From Patescibacteria group bacterium (lineage in GTDB: Bacteria; Patescibacteriota; Minisyncoccia; UBA6257; GWB1-50-10), in the NCBI GenBank assembly GCA_024239035.1, contig JANBVK010000001.1:235010-299009 (forward strand): 64,000 nt of DNA. Direction: 5' to 3'. Both the position numbers and the translations under genes were made by a program. Below are positions 10,931 to 20,491 of this stretch, one piece after another; position 1 is the first letter of the stretch, and each line of letters opens with the position of its first letter. A model generated the notes under the pieces. The model was not told the origin of the DNA and searched no databases. It saw only the letters and a list, made by a program, of their open reading frames with translations.

Positions 10931-11932
10931 TCATTTCCTCTTAATTACTTTCTTCACCGCTTTTTTAATATCTTTTACGCCCATCCCATATTTTTCAACT
11001 AAGTCATGAGGCGGCCCTGATTCGCCAAATATATCCTGCATCCCAATAAACTCAATCGGCACAGGAAATACTCGGGCTAAAACCTCCGCTACCGCTCCGC
11101 CCAGACCGCCGGTTATCTGGTGCTCTTCTACAGTCACAACCGCCCCTGTCTTCTTAGCTACTTCTTTGACTACTCTATCATCAATTGGGTCTAGAGTGTG
11201 ATTGTTTAGCACTATCGTTCCGATTTTTTCCTTCTCTAAATCGTGTGCGGCGAGCAGTGCATTGTGCACTAAAATTCCACAGGCAATAATTGCGCACTCT
11301 GGTTTTCTTGACTGCCAAAACACCTCTGCTTTCCCCGGCGTAAAAGGCGTGCCCTCGGTCGTAATTACAGCGCTTTTCTCTCTACCAAAACGAAGATAAA
11401 CTGGTCCCCAAATCTTAGCGGCTGCAACAGTCGCCTTTTTAGCTTCAATCGCATCACAAGGACAAAGCACTTTCATATTCGGCATTGCCCGCATAATCGC
11501 CATGTCTTCCGTCGCCTGATGGGTCGCCCCATCAGGACCAACAGAAATTCCTGCATGAGCACCGGCAACTTTCACGTTAGAATCGTTATACGCAATGGTG
11601 GTGCGAATTTGCTCATAGTTACGCCCTGGTGAGAACACCGCGTAAGAAGAAATAAAAGGAATTTTTCCGGAAATACCAAAACCTGCAGCAATGGTTGCCA
11701 TGTTTTGTTCGGCCACACCCACTTCAAAAAATCGCTCGGGGAATTCTTTGGCAAACAAGTGCGACCGCGTAGATTCGGTCAAATCAGCGCAGAGCACCAC
11801 CACGTTTTTATTCTCTTTTCCCGCACGCACTAACCCTTCACCATACCCATTGCGGGTCGGCACCATTTCAATGTCCGAATCGAAAATCTTTGAACTCAAT
11901 TTTGCTTCTAGGTTTAGCATATTACTACTCAT
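10931..11932 (-). CDS. Transketolase C-terminal subunit
   Basis: GVAEQNM, GPDGATHQ, VEEHQITGGLG. Confidence 0.93.
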   Translation of the reverse strand: MSSNMLNLEAKLSSKIFDSDIEMVPTRNGYGEGLVRAGKENKNVVVLCADLTESTRSHLFAKEFPERFFEVGVAEQNMATIAAGFGISGKIPFISSYAVFSPGRNYEQIRTTIAYNDSNVKVAGAHAGISVGPDGATHQATEDMAIMRAMPNMKVLCPCDAIEAKKATVAAAKIWGPVYLRFGREKSAVITTEGTPFTPGKAEVFWQSRKPECAIIACGILVHNALLAAHDLEKEKIGTIVLNNHTLDPIDDRVVKEVAKKTGAVVTVEEHQITGGLGGAVAEVLARVFPVPIEFIGMQDIFGESGPPHDLVEKYGMGVKDIKKAVKKVIKRK

Positions 11933-12791
11933 GTTCGCTCTTTATCCTAGTACCTAAGGTCCTAAGTTCCTTTAACGCCTGTTCCGCTTCTTCTTTGTTC
12001 GGCGGTTTGCCGTGCCAGGCAAAATCCCTTTCCATAAAACTCACACCCTTCCCCGGAATTGTGTGGGCGATAATAACCGTCGGTTTTTCATAAATCGCCT
12101 TGGCTTCATTTACCGCATCAACAAATTCGGTCATATTATGTCCGTCAACCTCCATCACGTGCCAATTAAACGCTTCATATTTTTCTACGAAAGGCTCAAG
12201 AGGCATGATTTCCTCAGTAAAACCGTCAATCTGAATATTATTGCGGTCAACAATCACGATAAGATTGTTCAGCTTGTGTTTTTGCTTCCCAGCGAACATT
12301 ATTGCTTCCCACGCATTCCCCTCCTGATGCTCACCGTCAGAGGTAACACAATAAACAAAATATTTTTTATTATCGAGTCGGGCAGTAAGCGCCACCCCTA
12401 TCGCTTGGGATATCCCGGAACCTAAAGGACCTGAGGTTGTCTCAACTCCGGGTAGTACGCCACGGTGCGGATGGCCCTGCAGACGAGAATTGATTTTCCG
12501 GAGTGTCTTCAACTCTTCAATCGGAAAATACCCGGCGTATGCCATAGTCACATAGCGCACCGGACAAATGTGCCCATTAGAAAGGATTAATCTGTCCCGA
12601 TCTGACCAATCCGGCTTCTTAGGCCGGTGATTTAAAATATGAAAATAGAGCGCCGTAAAAATATCAGCCATCCCCAAAGGACCGGCCGAGTGTCCTGACT
12701 TTGCCTCAAGAAGCGTCTCAATAATTGTTTCTCGGATTCCCGTCGCAAGTTCTTCTAAATGCTTTAATTTGCCCTCGTGTAAAGGTTCCAT
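11925..12791 (-). CDS. Transketolase N-terminal subunit
   Basis: SGHSAG, DRLILSNGH, LQGHP, SDGEHQEG..WEA. Confidence 0.93.
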   Translation of the reverse strand: MEPLHEGKLKHLEELATGIRETIIETLLEAKSGHSAGPLGMADIFTALYFHILNHRPKKPDWSDRDRLILSNGHICPVRYVTMAYAGYFPIEELKTLRKINSRLQGHPHRGVLPGVETTSGPLGSGISQAIGVALTARLDNKKYFVYCVTSDGEHQEGNAWEAIMFAGKQKHKLNNLIVIVDRNNIQIDGFTEEIMPLEPFVEKYEAFNWHVMEVDGHNMTEFVDAVNEAKAIYEKPTVIIAHTIPGKGVSFMERDFAWHGKPPNKEEAEQALKELRTLGTRIKSEHE

Positions 12792-12826
12792 TTCCCCATT
12801 ATAACCCAGACAACAGATACGAACAA

Positions 12827-14485
12827 TTAAATTCGGTGCACAGCAGTCCGTATTAGTTCTAAAAACAAAGGATGAGGTTTAAGAGGTCGTGATCTAAACT
12901 CAGGATGAAACTGAGTACCGACAAAAAACGGGTGAACGTCCTTTGGCAGTTCAGCAATTTCCATTAGCCGGTGATCCGGCGAAAAACCGGAAAAAATCAG
13001 ACCTTTTCTTTCTAAGCGTTTAATATACTTAGGATTTACTTCAAAACGGTGACGATGGCGTTCAGAAATTAAATGCTTTTTGTAAGCCGCGCCAGCAACA
13101 GTTCCTTTATTAAGGACTGCCGGATAAGTTCCTAAACGCATCGTAGCGCCGTAATTGCTATCCGAAATATTTTTCTTTTGTTCCGGTAAAATATCAATAA
13201 CCGGATAAGGAGTCCTAGGGTTAATTTCAGTTGTATGGGCTCTCTTAAACCCGGCCACCGACCTGGCGAACTCAACTACCGCCAATTGCATTCCATAACA
13301 TAAACCTAAGAAAGGGATTTTCTTCTCGCGACAATAGCGAATAGCAGCTATTTTCCCTTCCACTCCCCGATCCCCGAACCCACCAGGCACAATAATGCCG
13401 TCATAATCCGACAACTGCCGGAGGTATTTGGGACTGCTTCTAAATTTTTCAGCATTCAACCACTCGATTTCCGGTTTCCAATTCAAAAAATAAGCCGAGT
13501 GCTTAATAGCTTCAATTACCGAAATGTAAGAATCACTCAAGATAAAACTACCGGTGGAAAAATACTTCCCCACAATGCCGATTTTAATTATGTTCTTCGA
13601 CTCCCGAATGGATTTCACCAGACGCTGCCAACGTTTAAGATCGCGGCTCCGAGGTTTCAATCTCAGTTTATTTAAAACAATATTACCAATCTCATCCTTT
13701 TCAAGGTTAACCGGTACTTCGTAGATACTTTCCACATTAGGAGCAGAGATTACGTCTTCTTCCCGGATACTGCAGTGGAAGGCTATTTTCTCTTTTCTCT
13801 TTTTATCAATGGGTGTTTTTGCTCGTGCGATAATAATGTCCGGCTGGAGACCCGCGGCATTGAGCGCTCGCACGGCGTGCTGGGTAGGTTTTGTTTTCAA
13901 TTCATTATCGTCTCCTTGGAAAGGCAGATAGCTTACAAGCACGAGAAGCACATCCTCCGGCCGCTTGATTTTCAACATCTTTATCGCTTCCAAAAAAAGA
14001 AGGTTTTCATACTCACCCACCGTGCCGCCAATCTCAGTAATGGCAACTTCCGCCCTATTTTTTGAAATGGCTTTGTCAATCCTGCTCAAAACCTCCAAAG
14101 GAATGTACGGAACCACGCTCACAGATTTTCCCCCGTATTTAAGGCTCCTCTCCTTATTAATTACTGAAAGATAGACACTGCCGGTCGTCATATAGTTAGT
14201 CCGGGTAAGGTCTCTATTAAGGAACCGTTCATAATTTCCCATATCCTGATCACACTCCAAACCGTCATCTAAAACAAAAACCTCGCCGTGCTCGGTCGGA
14301 TTCATTGTTCCGGCATCAACGTTGACGTAAGGATCAATTTTAAGCGCGGTTACTTCAAACCCCCGCGACTGAAGAACTTTGCCGATTGACGCAGTAGTCA
14401 CCCCTTTACCAACACCCGACATAACGCCACCGACAACAAAAATGTACTTAGACGGCTTTCTCACACGCCGTTTTCTTTTTTTCAT
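12827..14485 (-). CDS. pyrG: CTP synthase
   Basis: GGVMSGVGKG, KIDPYVNVDAGTM, KTKPTQ, GLCYGMQ, QFHPE. Confidence 0.97.
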   Translation of the reverse strand: MKKRKRRVRKPSKYIFVVGGVMSGVGKGVTTASIGKVLQSRGFEVTALKIDPYVNVDAGTMNPTEHGEVFVLDDGLECDQDMGNYERFLNRDLTRTNYMTTGSVYLSVINKERSLKYGGKSVSVVPYIPLEVLSRIDKAISKNRAEVAITEIGGTVGEYENLLFLEAIKMLKIKRPEDVLLVLVSYLPFQGDDNELKTKPTQHAVRALNAAGLQPDIIIARAKTPIDKKRKEKIAFHCSIREEDVISAPNVESIYEVPVNLEKDEIGNIVLNKLRLKPRSRDLKRWQRLVKSIRESKNIIKIGIVGKYFSTGSFILSDSYISVIEAIKHSAYFLNWKPEIEWLNAEKFRSSPKYLRQLSDYDGIIVPGGFGDRGVEGKIAAIRYCREKKIPFLGLCYGMQLAVVEFARSVAGFKRAHTTEINPRTPYPVIDILPEQKKNISDSNYGATMRLGTYPAVLNKGTVAGAAYKKHLISERHRHRFEVNPKYIKRLERKGLIFSGFSPDHRLMEIAELPKDVHPFFVGTQFHPEFRSRPLKPHPLFLELIRTAVHRI

Positions 14486-14508
14486 TGCCCTAACTATATC
14501 ACACCCGG

Positions 14509-15165
14509 CTATATGCCTTGGAGCCCATCAAATGCGGCCTTCGGATCAGCGCCACCCCAAATGTACGAAGCCGAGGCAATAATATCCGCACCCGCGTCCT
14601 TCACAAGTTTTGCGGTCTCGATATTAATTCCCCCGTCCACCTCCACAGTGACGTTCGGAAATTTCTCCTTTAAAAGTCTTACTTTGTCTAAAACTATGGG
14701 GTTAAATTCCTGCCCGGCCCGGCCGGGATTTACTGCGAGCGTCTGGACAAAAGAGATGCTGTTAAGATAAGGAAAAAGTTCTTCAGTACCTGTGTTCGGC
14801 GCGATAGCAAGTCCTATCTCTGCCTGAGAAAACCTTGTTTTCCATTTTTCAACTAGCTTAGCAAATGTCGGCGCATCGCTTCTTAAGGCTTTGATGTGCA
14901 TGATGACTCTCTTTGCTCCGGACTTTAACCAATCTCCAACTACCTCTTCCGGACCTTCAACCATTAAGTGGATTCCAATATTAATACGTTGACTTTGGTG
15001 GACAGCTTTTGACAACTCATCCGGATTACTCCACGTCTTATAAGGAGTAAATTCTCCATCCGCAACGTCAATATGCACCCAAGAACTGCCAAGCTCACCA
15101 ACTTGGCGTATGCGTTTCTTGACGCATAGAAAATCCGGACAATTGATTGCTGGGATAACAACCAT
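14509..15165 (-). CDS. rpe: Ribulose-phosphate 3-epimerase
   Basis: HIDVADG, HLMV, VNPGRAGQ, VDGGIN. Confidence 0.92.
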   Translation of the reverse strand: MVVIPAINCPDFLCVKKRIRQVGELGSSWVHIDVADGEFTPYKTWSNPDELSKAVHQSQRINIGIHLMVEGPEEVVGDWLKSGAKRVIMHIKALRSDAPTFAKLVEKWKTRFSQAEIGLAIAPNTGTEELFPYLNSISFVQTLAVNPGRAGQEFNPIVLDKVRLLKEKFPNVTVEVDGGINIETAKLVKDAGADIIASASYIWGGADPKAAFDGLQGI

Positions 15166-15171
15166 TAATAA

Positions 15172-15651
15172 TTATTCTTCTTCCTCACCAACAGGATGAG
15201 AAACTTTTGATTCTATCTTAGAAATTTTCTCAAGCCGCCGCTTAAATTTCTCTTCCCCGGCAAATGGCGTCTCAAGCCACGTCACTGCAATGTTTTTTGC
15301 CTCTTCCGGTTTTAAATAATCTGCCCCTAGAGCAAGAACATTTGTATTATCATCATTGCGGCTGTCATATGCTTGATCCGAGGTGGCAGCCAACACCGAC
15401 CTTACTCTCATAAACTTATTCGCCACTACATCAACCCCGACTCCTGAACTACAAATAACAATGCCCAGAGCCTTCTCGTAATTTAAACTTATCTTCCGCG
15501 CAACTTTCTCCGCAAAATCAGGATAGTCGTCTCCCTCTTCATAATGATCATTACCTAAATCCACCATCTCATAACCCTTTCCTTTCAAAGAATCTTTTAA
15601 ATATTCTTTCAATTTAAATCCCCGATGATCAGCACCAATATAGATAATCAT
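15172..15651 (-). CDS. rpiB: Ribose-5-phosphate isomerase B
   Basis: GADHRG, DDYPD, CSSGVG..VVANK. Confidence 0.92.
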   Translation of the reverse strand: MIIYIGADHRGFKLKEYLKDSLKGKGYEMVDLGNDHYEEGDDYPDFAEKVARKISLNYEKALGIVICSSGVGVDVVANKFMRVRSVLAATSDQAYDSRNDDNTNVLALGADYLKPEEAKNIAVTWLETPFAGEEKFKRRLEKISKIESKVSHPVGEEEE

Positions 15652-15686
15652 GCCATTAGTAATCAGTAATTAGTCATTTAGACTAA

Positions 15687-16703
15687 CTACACGAGCGCCG
15701 TGGCGTTTACCACGTGCTTAACAAGAGTAGCCACATACCCCCATTCGTTGTCATACCACGAGAGAACTTTCACTAAATCCCCGTCAACAACCCGGGTAAA
15801 ACTAAGGTCAACAATGGCGCCATAAGGTTCGCCAATTATGTCAGAGGACACAATCGGATCATCCACAACTTTCAAAATTCCATCCCACAGAGGTTTGCTG
15901 GCTGCGTCTCTTAATATTTCATTAATCTCGGAAACGGTGGTATTTCTTTTTGAAATAAACGTAATATCGGCAACGGAGCCGATTATAACCGGCACGCGCA
16001 TCGCAATGCCGTCAAATTTATTTTCTAATTCCTTTATTGCTCGCGTGACCGCAGTCGCTGCTCCGGTTGTTGAGGGGATAATATTCTGTGCAGCAGCTCT
16101 GCCGCGCCTTACATCTTTGCTCCTCGTCGGTCCGTCCACTAAGTTTTGGGTAGCAGTATAGCCATGCACCGTATTTAAAATCGCTTTCTTAATCCCGGGG
16201 TTCAGAGATAATATCCGAATCACCGGTGAGGCGGCGTTCGTTGTGCAAGACGCGTTTGAAGATAGAACCACGGATTCCAACTCGCCTTCATTGACACCCA
16301 TAAGCACTGTTTTTCCTTCGGTGCCATCGGGATCTTTTGCCGGGGCAGTGAGGATTACTCGTTTCGCGCCTGCGTCCAAATGCACACGAGCCTTCTCGTA
16401 TGAATCAAAAACGCCCGTTGACTCAATCACAATATCAACCCCCAATTTTTTCCACGGCAGATCGCTCGGATTTTTTTCCTGAATAAAAGTAATGCTTTTC
16501 CCGTCCACCACCAACTTGCTGTTCTTGGCCTCCACTGTTTTATCATACCGGCCATAGACGGTGTCATACTTCAGCAAGTACGCCAGATTTTCACAATCAC
16601 CCAAGTCGTTAATGGCAACGATGTCAATGTCTTTATTACCGAACGCCTGTCGGAAAAACAACCGCCCAATTCTACCAAAACCATTTATTGCTATTTTTGC
16701 CAT
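15687..16703 (-). CDS. gap: Glyceraldehyde-3-phosphate dehydrogenase
   Basis: INGFGRIGR, SNASCTTN, WYDNEWGY. Confidence 0.97.
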   Translation of the reverse strand: MAKIAINGFGRIGRLFFRQAFGNKDIDIVAINDLGDCENLAYLLKYDTVYGRYDKTVEAKNSKLVVDGKSITFIQEKNPSDLPWKKLGVDIVIESTGVFDSYEKARVHLDAGAKRVILTAPAKDPDGTEGKTVLMGVNEGELESVVLSSNASCTTNAASPVIRILSLNPGIKKAILNTVHGYTATQNLVDGPTRSKDVRRGRAAAQNIIPSTTGAATAVTRAIKELENKFDGIAMRVPVIIGSVADITFISKRNTTVSEINEILRDAASKPLWDGILKVVDDPIVSSDIIGEPYGAIVDLSFTRVVDGDLVKVLSWYDNEWGYVATLVKHVVNATALV

Positions 16704-16750
16704 GCGAATTTTTCAGCCCGTCGAAGGACTTTCTTTTAATTACTCTACTA

Positions 16751-17167
16751 TTATACCAAAAGATTGAGCTTTGTCTTATTGTCTCTTTTCCGTTTCATTT
16801 CCCTCAACACGGTGAAGTGTATCTCAAGTGTTCCGCCGACTGTTCCCCTTATCAAATGACCGCCGATTGCACGATAATCCTTGTCACCAAACACCGCGTG
16901 TTCATGAACAATAATATCTCTCCCAGAAACGGCAACGTTCCCAACTAAACTCAATACCTCAAATACACCTTTGAATGATTTATCTATATATTCCTTTTTC
17001 TTAAGGTCAAAATATGCAACCGTGGGGTTCTCAAACGCACCCAAACCGAAGAAAAATCCGCCGCGGATTTTCTCTCTTTTTAAAAATTTAATAAATACTT
17101 CAGGATATTCCTCTCCCTGCTCAAACCTTAAAACCAATTGGGATTTTTCTTTCCTAATAACTTTCAT
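16751..17167 (-). CDS. PPC/DUF296 domain protein
   Basis: EVLSLVGN, HEHAVF, GGHL. Confidence 0.85.
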   Translation of the reverse strand: MKVIRKEKSQLVLRFEQGEEYPEVFIKFLKREKIRGGFFFGLGAFENPTVAYFDLKKKEYIDKSFKGVFEVLSLVGNVAVSGRDIIVHEHAVFGDKDYRAIGGHLIRGTVGGTLEIHFTVLREMKRKRDNKTKLNLLV

Positions 17168-17228
17168 GTTAAACCTCTTTTACCATACCTTAGTAATATT
17201 TCCGTAGCCAACCGAGGTATGTTTATCT

Positions 17229-17723
17229 CTAATTCAAACCCGGCACAAGAGGACGAATCTTCACCTCGTCGTCAACCCTAACCCGTAAAAGACTTACCCG
17301 GCCGGCCTTAAGCTCCAAAACTTTATTCACTGTCTCCGGCGGATAATAAACCGTAAGTTCTCCGACTCCAACTCCCGGCTCCGGCTCTACATTCTCCTCA
17401 AAACCAATAATTTCATTGCCGCTTATCCAAATAATATCTATCGGAAACTTCATTCCCTTCATCCAAATTCCATGATTACCGGGGTTTTCAAATAAAAAAA
17501 GCATGCCTTCGTTAATGCCTAAATTGTCCCTGCCGGAAAGGCCCTGCTCCCTGTCCTTATCGGTCTTGACCACCTCGACAACAATAGTTTGATTATTAAT
17601 CTTCACCTCCGACTTGCGCTTAATTTCTTTTAACTTACTTAAATAGGGTGCGCTAAACAAGCTCGCGCCGATTATGACGCCTAAAAATACCACGACTACT
17701 ACTTTAACGACAAAAGTGGACAC
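17229..17723 (-). CDS. DUF192 family protein with N-terminal anchor
   Basis: GLSGR, GMLF, WMKGMKFPIDIIW, VLEL.AG. Confidence 0.88.
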   Translation of the reverse strand: MSTFVVKVVVVVFLGVIIGASLFSAPYLSKLKEIKRKSEVKINNQTIVVEVVKTDKDREQGLSGRDNLGINEGMLFLFENPGNHGIWMKGMKFPIDIIWISGNEIIGFEENVEPEPGVGVGELTVYYPPETVNKVLELKAGRVSLLRVRVDDEVKIRPLVPGLN

Positions 17724-17742
17724 GATTCAAATTAATCATACA

Positions 17743-18231
17743 TCAATAAATCAACCCATATACAACAATCCCGAAAGCCACGCTTACATTCAGCGATTCT
17801 TTCCTCCCCCTCATAGGTATTTCTAAAATATTATCCGCCCGCTTTAGAATTGCAGGCGAAAGCCCCTTAACCTCATTCCCTAAAACAAGCGCCACCTTCA
17901 CTCCCCATCCCTTAACTTTTGCCCTATGGTACGGCACGGAGTTTCTGTCCTGCTCAACGGCAAAAATCTTATATTTTTCCTCTTTCAACTTTTCAAGTAA
18001 TCGCGAAGTTGCTTGCGCCGAACGCGCTGAAGCATCCCACCGGACATTCTTTTCCGCTCCTAAAGAAGTTTTCGCAAACTGCGACCTGACTTTTCCAAAC
18101 TTGTCCAGAGGTGTCGGTGTAATCCCGGATAGATAAATTTTCCCTACACCCACCGCATCGGCCGTCCTAAAAATAGACCCGACATTGTGAACGCTCCGCA
18201 CATTATGTAACACCACAACTAAATCCTGCAT
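17743..18231 (-). CDS. TrmH/SpoU-family RNA methyltransferase
   Basis: NVGSIFRTAD, LGNEVKG, IPMRGRKESLNVSVA. Confidence 0.92.
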   Translation of the reverse strand: MQDLVVVLHNVRSVHNVGSIFRTADAVGVGKIYLSGITPTPLDKFGKVRSQFAKTSLGAEKNVRWDASARSAQATSRLLEKLKEEKYKIFAVEQDRNSVPYHRAKVKGWGVKVALVLGNEVKGLSPAILKRADNILEIPMRGRKESLNVSVAFGIVVYGLIY

Positions 18232-18327
18232 TTACTGACATTCTACAACTATTAAATGTTTATTCCAATTGGCAGCGAGCTCGACAAGTAAAAACTCATT
18301 TTTATTTGCGGCGAGCGAACCAATTGA

Positions 18328-18356
18328 AAGCAATGTCACGATCCGTGACATTGCTT
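18328..18356. repeat. 13-bp inverted repeat
   Basis: aagcaatgtcacg-atc-cgtgacattgctt. Confidence 0.7.
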
Positions 18357-18360
18357 AAAA

Positions 18361-18390
18361 GAAAAAGCCGGCACTTGGATTAGTGCCGGC
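18361..18390 (-). terminator. Intrinsic terminator of the tRNA-like RNA
   Basis: Minus strand GCCGGCACT-AATCCA-AGTGCCGGC-TTTTTC. Confidence 0.8.
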
Positions 18391-18419
18391 TCATGGCTCT
18401 CGGGATATTCCCGATTTCA

Positions 18420-18559
18420 CGGAGGGATGGGGTATCGAACCCCCCTGGGTCGCTCCGACGAAACGAATGCAACGCTCCGCTCCGCTGGTTACCTAGGCCA
18501 CACAGACCTAGTCTCTGCCTAACCAGTCCCCAGTAGCTTCCGCTAATAGCTTTCCCTCC
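18420..18559 (-). ncRNA. tRNA-like ncRNA, 140 nt, with expanded branched domain replacing the anticodon arm
   Basis: GGAGGGA/TCCCTCC+G acceptor stem, GCT..AGC D-arm, GGGG-TTCGATA-CCCC T-arm, own promoter and terminator. Confidence 0.65.
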
Positions 18560-18575
18560 CAAACTACTAAGAGAG

Positions 18576-18604
18576 AGATTACTCTTACCACAGAATCTTG
18601 TCAA
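18576..18604 (-). promoter_or_regulatory. Sigma70-like promoter of the tRNA-like RNA
   Basis: TTGACA-N17-TAATCT on the minus strand. Confidence 0.65.
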
Positions 18605-18667
18605 ACACCCCTAACACCAGAACAAAATTCTCAATAAAAAAACGAGCCGTTCTCCTCCAAGAACGGC

Positions 18668-19060
18668 TCATTGTTTTTTATGATCAGTCACAATCATGTC
18701 GTCATCCACTCCCCACTCAAATTCAATGACTTCCCCATGCGGTGCATGTCCCAGGTAAATACCCCACCTGCTAAGCATCAGTGCCGCTGGTCTCCCTTTC
18801 CACTCATTGAAACGAACTCTATCCCTTGGGCCCCCTTCTGGAGACAAAAGGATGAGCTTCCACTTTCTTCTCTCCTTGGTCCAAATTAGTGTTCTTCTTT
18901 TCTGATCGAGTTCGAGCATTACCAGGACTTTTTTGTTCTTACGGATGGATTCAACAAATTTCCTGGAACAAATCGAATCTATGCCAAAGACTTCACTAAG
19001 CTCGGTAATAGCCGCGGAGAGAATTTTTGAGAGCGGGGGGGATCTCTTCTGCCTGCTCAT
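18668..19060 (-). CDS. Hypothetical protein
   Basis: 130 aa; AAGGAGGT 6 nt before ATG; terminator hairpin at about 18637-18669. Confidence 0.75.
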   Translation of the reverse strand: MSRQKRSPPLSKILSAAITELSEVFGIDSICSRKFVESIRKNKKVLVMLELDQKRRTLIWTKERRKWKLILLSPEGGPRDRVRFNEWKGRPAALMLSRWGIYLGHAPHGEVIEFEWGVDDDMIVTDHKKQ

Positions 19061-19287
19061 AGTGACACCTCCTTCCTACATAAAAACTTCTAACTTCGAA
19101 CAAAGTAAATGCATCAACCACCTCCTTCGCAAAACGTGTTGGGTTCTTATATATAATTCTGCGGATTACAATAACCCGCCTTGGTCTTTAAAAAAATCAA
19201 AGAACTATCCTGCGAATAGTATCAAAAACCGACCCGAAGTCAAGCACCCGCCCCACAACACTAATCAACTCTCCCTTAGCTTCAAAA

Positions 19288-19321
19288 TAAAAGAAGTCCC
19301 CGCACAATTCTGCACGAGGAC
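19288..19321 (-). terminator. Intrinsic terminator
   Basis: GTCCTCGTGCA-GAAT-TGTGCGGGGAC-TTCTTTT. Confidence 0.75.
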
Positions 19322-19374
19322 CATCTCACTGTATTACGCAACTGCAACGTCTCTCGCTCACCTGGCAAGCGGAA

Positions 19375-19535
19375 GAGACCGGAAAAGCACACAGAGAGCT
19401 ATAATTTCTCCATCACGTACATGACTGCTAGTACGCGCGGCTCAATCTGCGTTACGGGACACAAGGACTACTGGGGGCTCCATATTCCCCAGGCCAGGTC
19501 TTTACCCTGACTAATGCCCTTACCCCTCCGGTCTC
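19375..19535 (-). ncRNA. Candidate structured RNA (multi-stem, long closing helix)
   Basis: GAGACCGGAGGGGTA pairs with TGCTTTTCCGGTCTC (15 bp with G-U pairs); four internal hairpins. Confidence 0.45.
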
Positions 19536-19542
19536 ATTTTCG

Positions 19543-19926
19543 TTACGTAAACATTCCCCTTCCTCTATTGCGTTTCCTCGTCTTGCGATAGAAGGGAATT
19601 GGTGTGGCCACTCCTGCCACAACTATAAGAAGATAAAATCCCCCAGACGCAAAATCCGTCACCCACCCCGAGCTGATCATTTCTGTGCCGAAAAACGTGG
19701 CGGTGACGGCAGTAGCCAGCGTGGTGTAAGCCAATATGAAACCGCCTCCGCTTACCACCATCAAAAACCAACCCAGAATCTTTGTCCCCGCACGCGCGTC
19801 CCTTTTCAACAATCTCTCGCTGCCGTCTAGCGCCGTCATAACGGAAATCACCAAGCAGATACAAGTCAGCGCGATGAGCACAAATATTGCCTGCATTGCA
19901 CGCTCCCTTCCACTTTTATGGTTCAC
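19543..19926 (-). CDS. Hypothetical 3-TM membrane protein
   Basis: Three hydrophobic segments and a basic tail; start may be the second Met. Confidence 0.7.
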   Translation of the reverse strand: MNHKSGRERAMQAIFVLIALTCICLVISVMTALDGSERLLKRDARAGTKILGWFLMVVSGGGFILAYTTLATAVTATFFGTEMISSGWVTDFASGGFYLLIVVAGVATPIPFYRKTRKRNRGRGMFT

Positions 19927-19963
19927 TAACTTGGGTTACAACCCAACAACCGCGGCACGGGTT

Positions 19964-20206
19964 TCAGACGTGGGCTTCAGTAACAGCACCCAGCCTATCC
20001 ATCAGCACCCGAAGCGCTTTGGAAAACGCGTTGCACCGTTTGGCCTCCTCAAGCCTGAGGATAAACCTGTTCACGTCTGTCCCTTGAGCCCGCTTTGCTA
20101 TTCTAATAACCTCATCGCGCTGCTCCCATAAATCGCAGGGCTCAAGATTGCAAAACCGCTCGAGTGCTTCTCGCGTTCTAATCTGCCTTCTTTCTCTGTT
20201 TTGCAT
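19964..20206 (-). CDS. Small hypothetical protein (paralog of 20240-20491)
   Basis: AGGAG upstream; shares LW..RDEV..A.RA.G with its neighbour. Confidence 0.75.
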   Translation of the reverse strand: MQNRERRQIRTREALERFCNLEPCDLWEQRDEVIRIAKRAQGTDVNRFILRLEEAKRCNAFSKALRVLMDRLGAVTEAHV

Positions 20207-20239
20207 CCGTCTACTCTCCTCGTTGTGCGGGAAAATCAG

Positions 20240-20491
20240 TCAGGATGACACTGTGGCAGCTGGCTGCTTCAAAACATCCAGCAATCTCCGGAAGGGCGGA
20301 TAAAACTCGTGCTGCTGGGTAGCCATCTTGAGCTCGGCGATGTGTTTGTCCACGACAGGACTCATACCCAAAGCCCTCTCTGCTACCTCGACAACCTCAT
20401 CGCGGTGCTTCCACAGCTCGCGAGGCACGAGCGTACCGAAATCCAAGAGTTTTTCATACACCGCAAGCTGCTCCTCTTGCTCATTTCCCAT
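20240..20491 (-). CDS. Small hypothetical protein (paralog of 19964-20206)
   Basis: AGGAG upstream; TTGACA promoter at about 20535-20562. Confidence 0.75.
   Translation of the reverse strand: MGNEQEEQLAVYEKLLDFGTLVPRELWKHRDEVVEVAERALGMSPVVDKHIAELKMATQQHEFYPPFRRLLDVLKQPAATVSS

Noticed and set aside
18002-18040. Possible in-frame repeat insertion in TrmH (ASARSAQATS)
   Set aside because: Looks like an insert but no second copy found in the window; unsupported without an alignment
18420-18559. Canonical tRNA-Ser or tmRNA
   Set aside because: No 7-nt anticodon loop in the expected position, too long for tRNA; too short for tmRNA and lacks G3-U70
18380-18604. 74-aa ORF
   Set aside because: Its TTG start is the -35 box and it overlaps the structured RNA; no protein features
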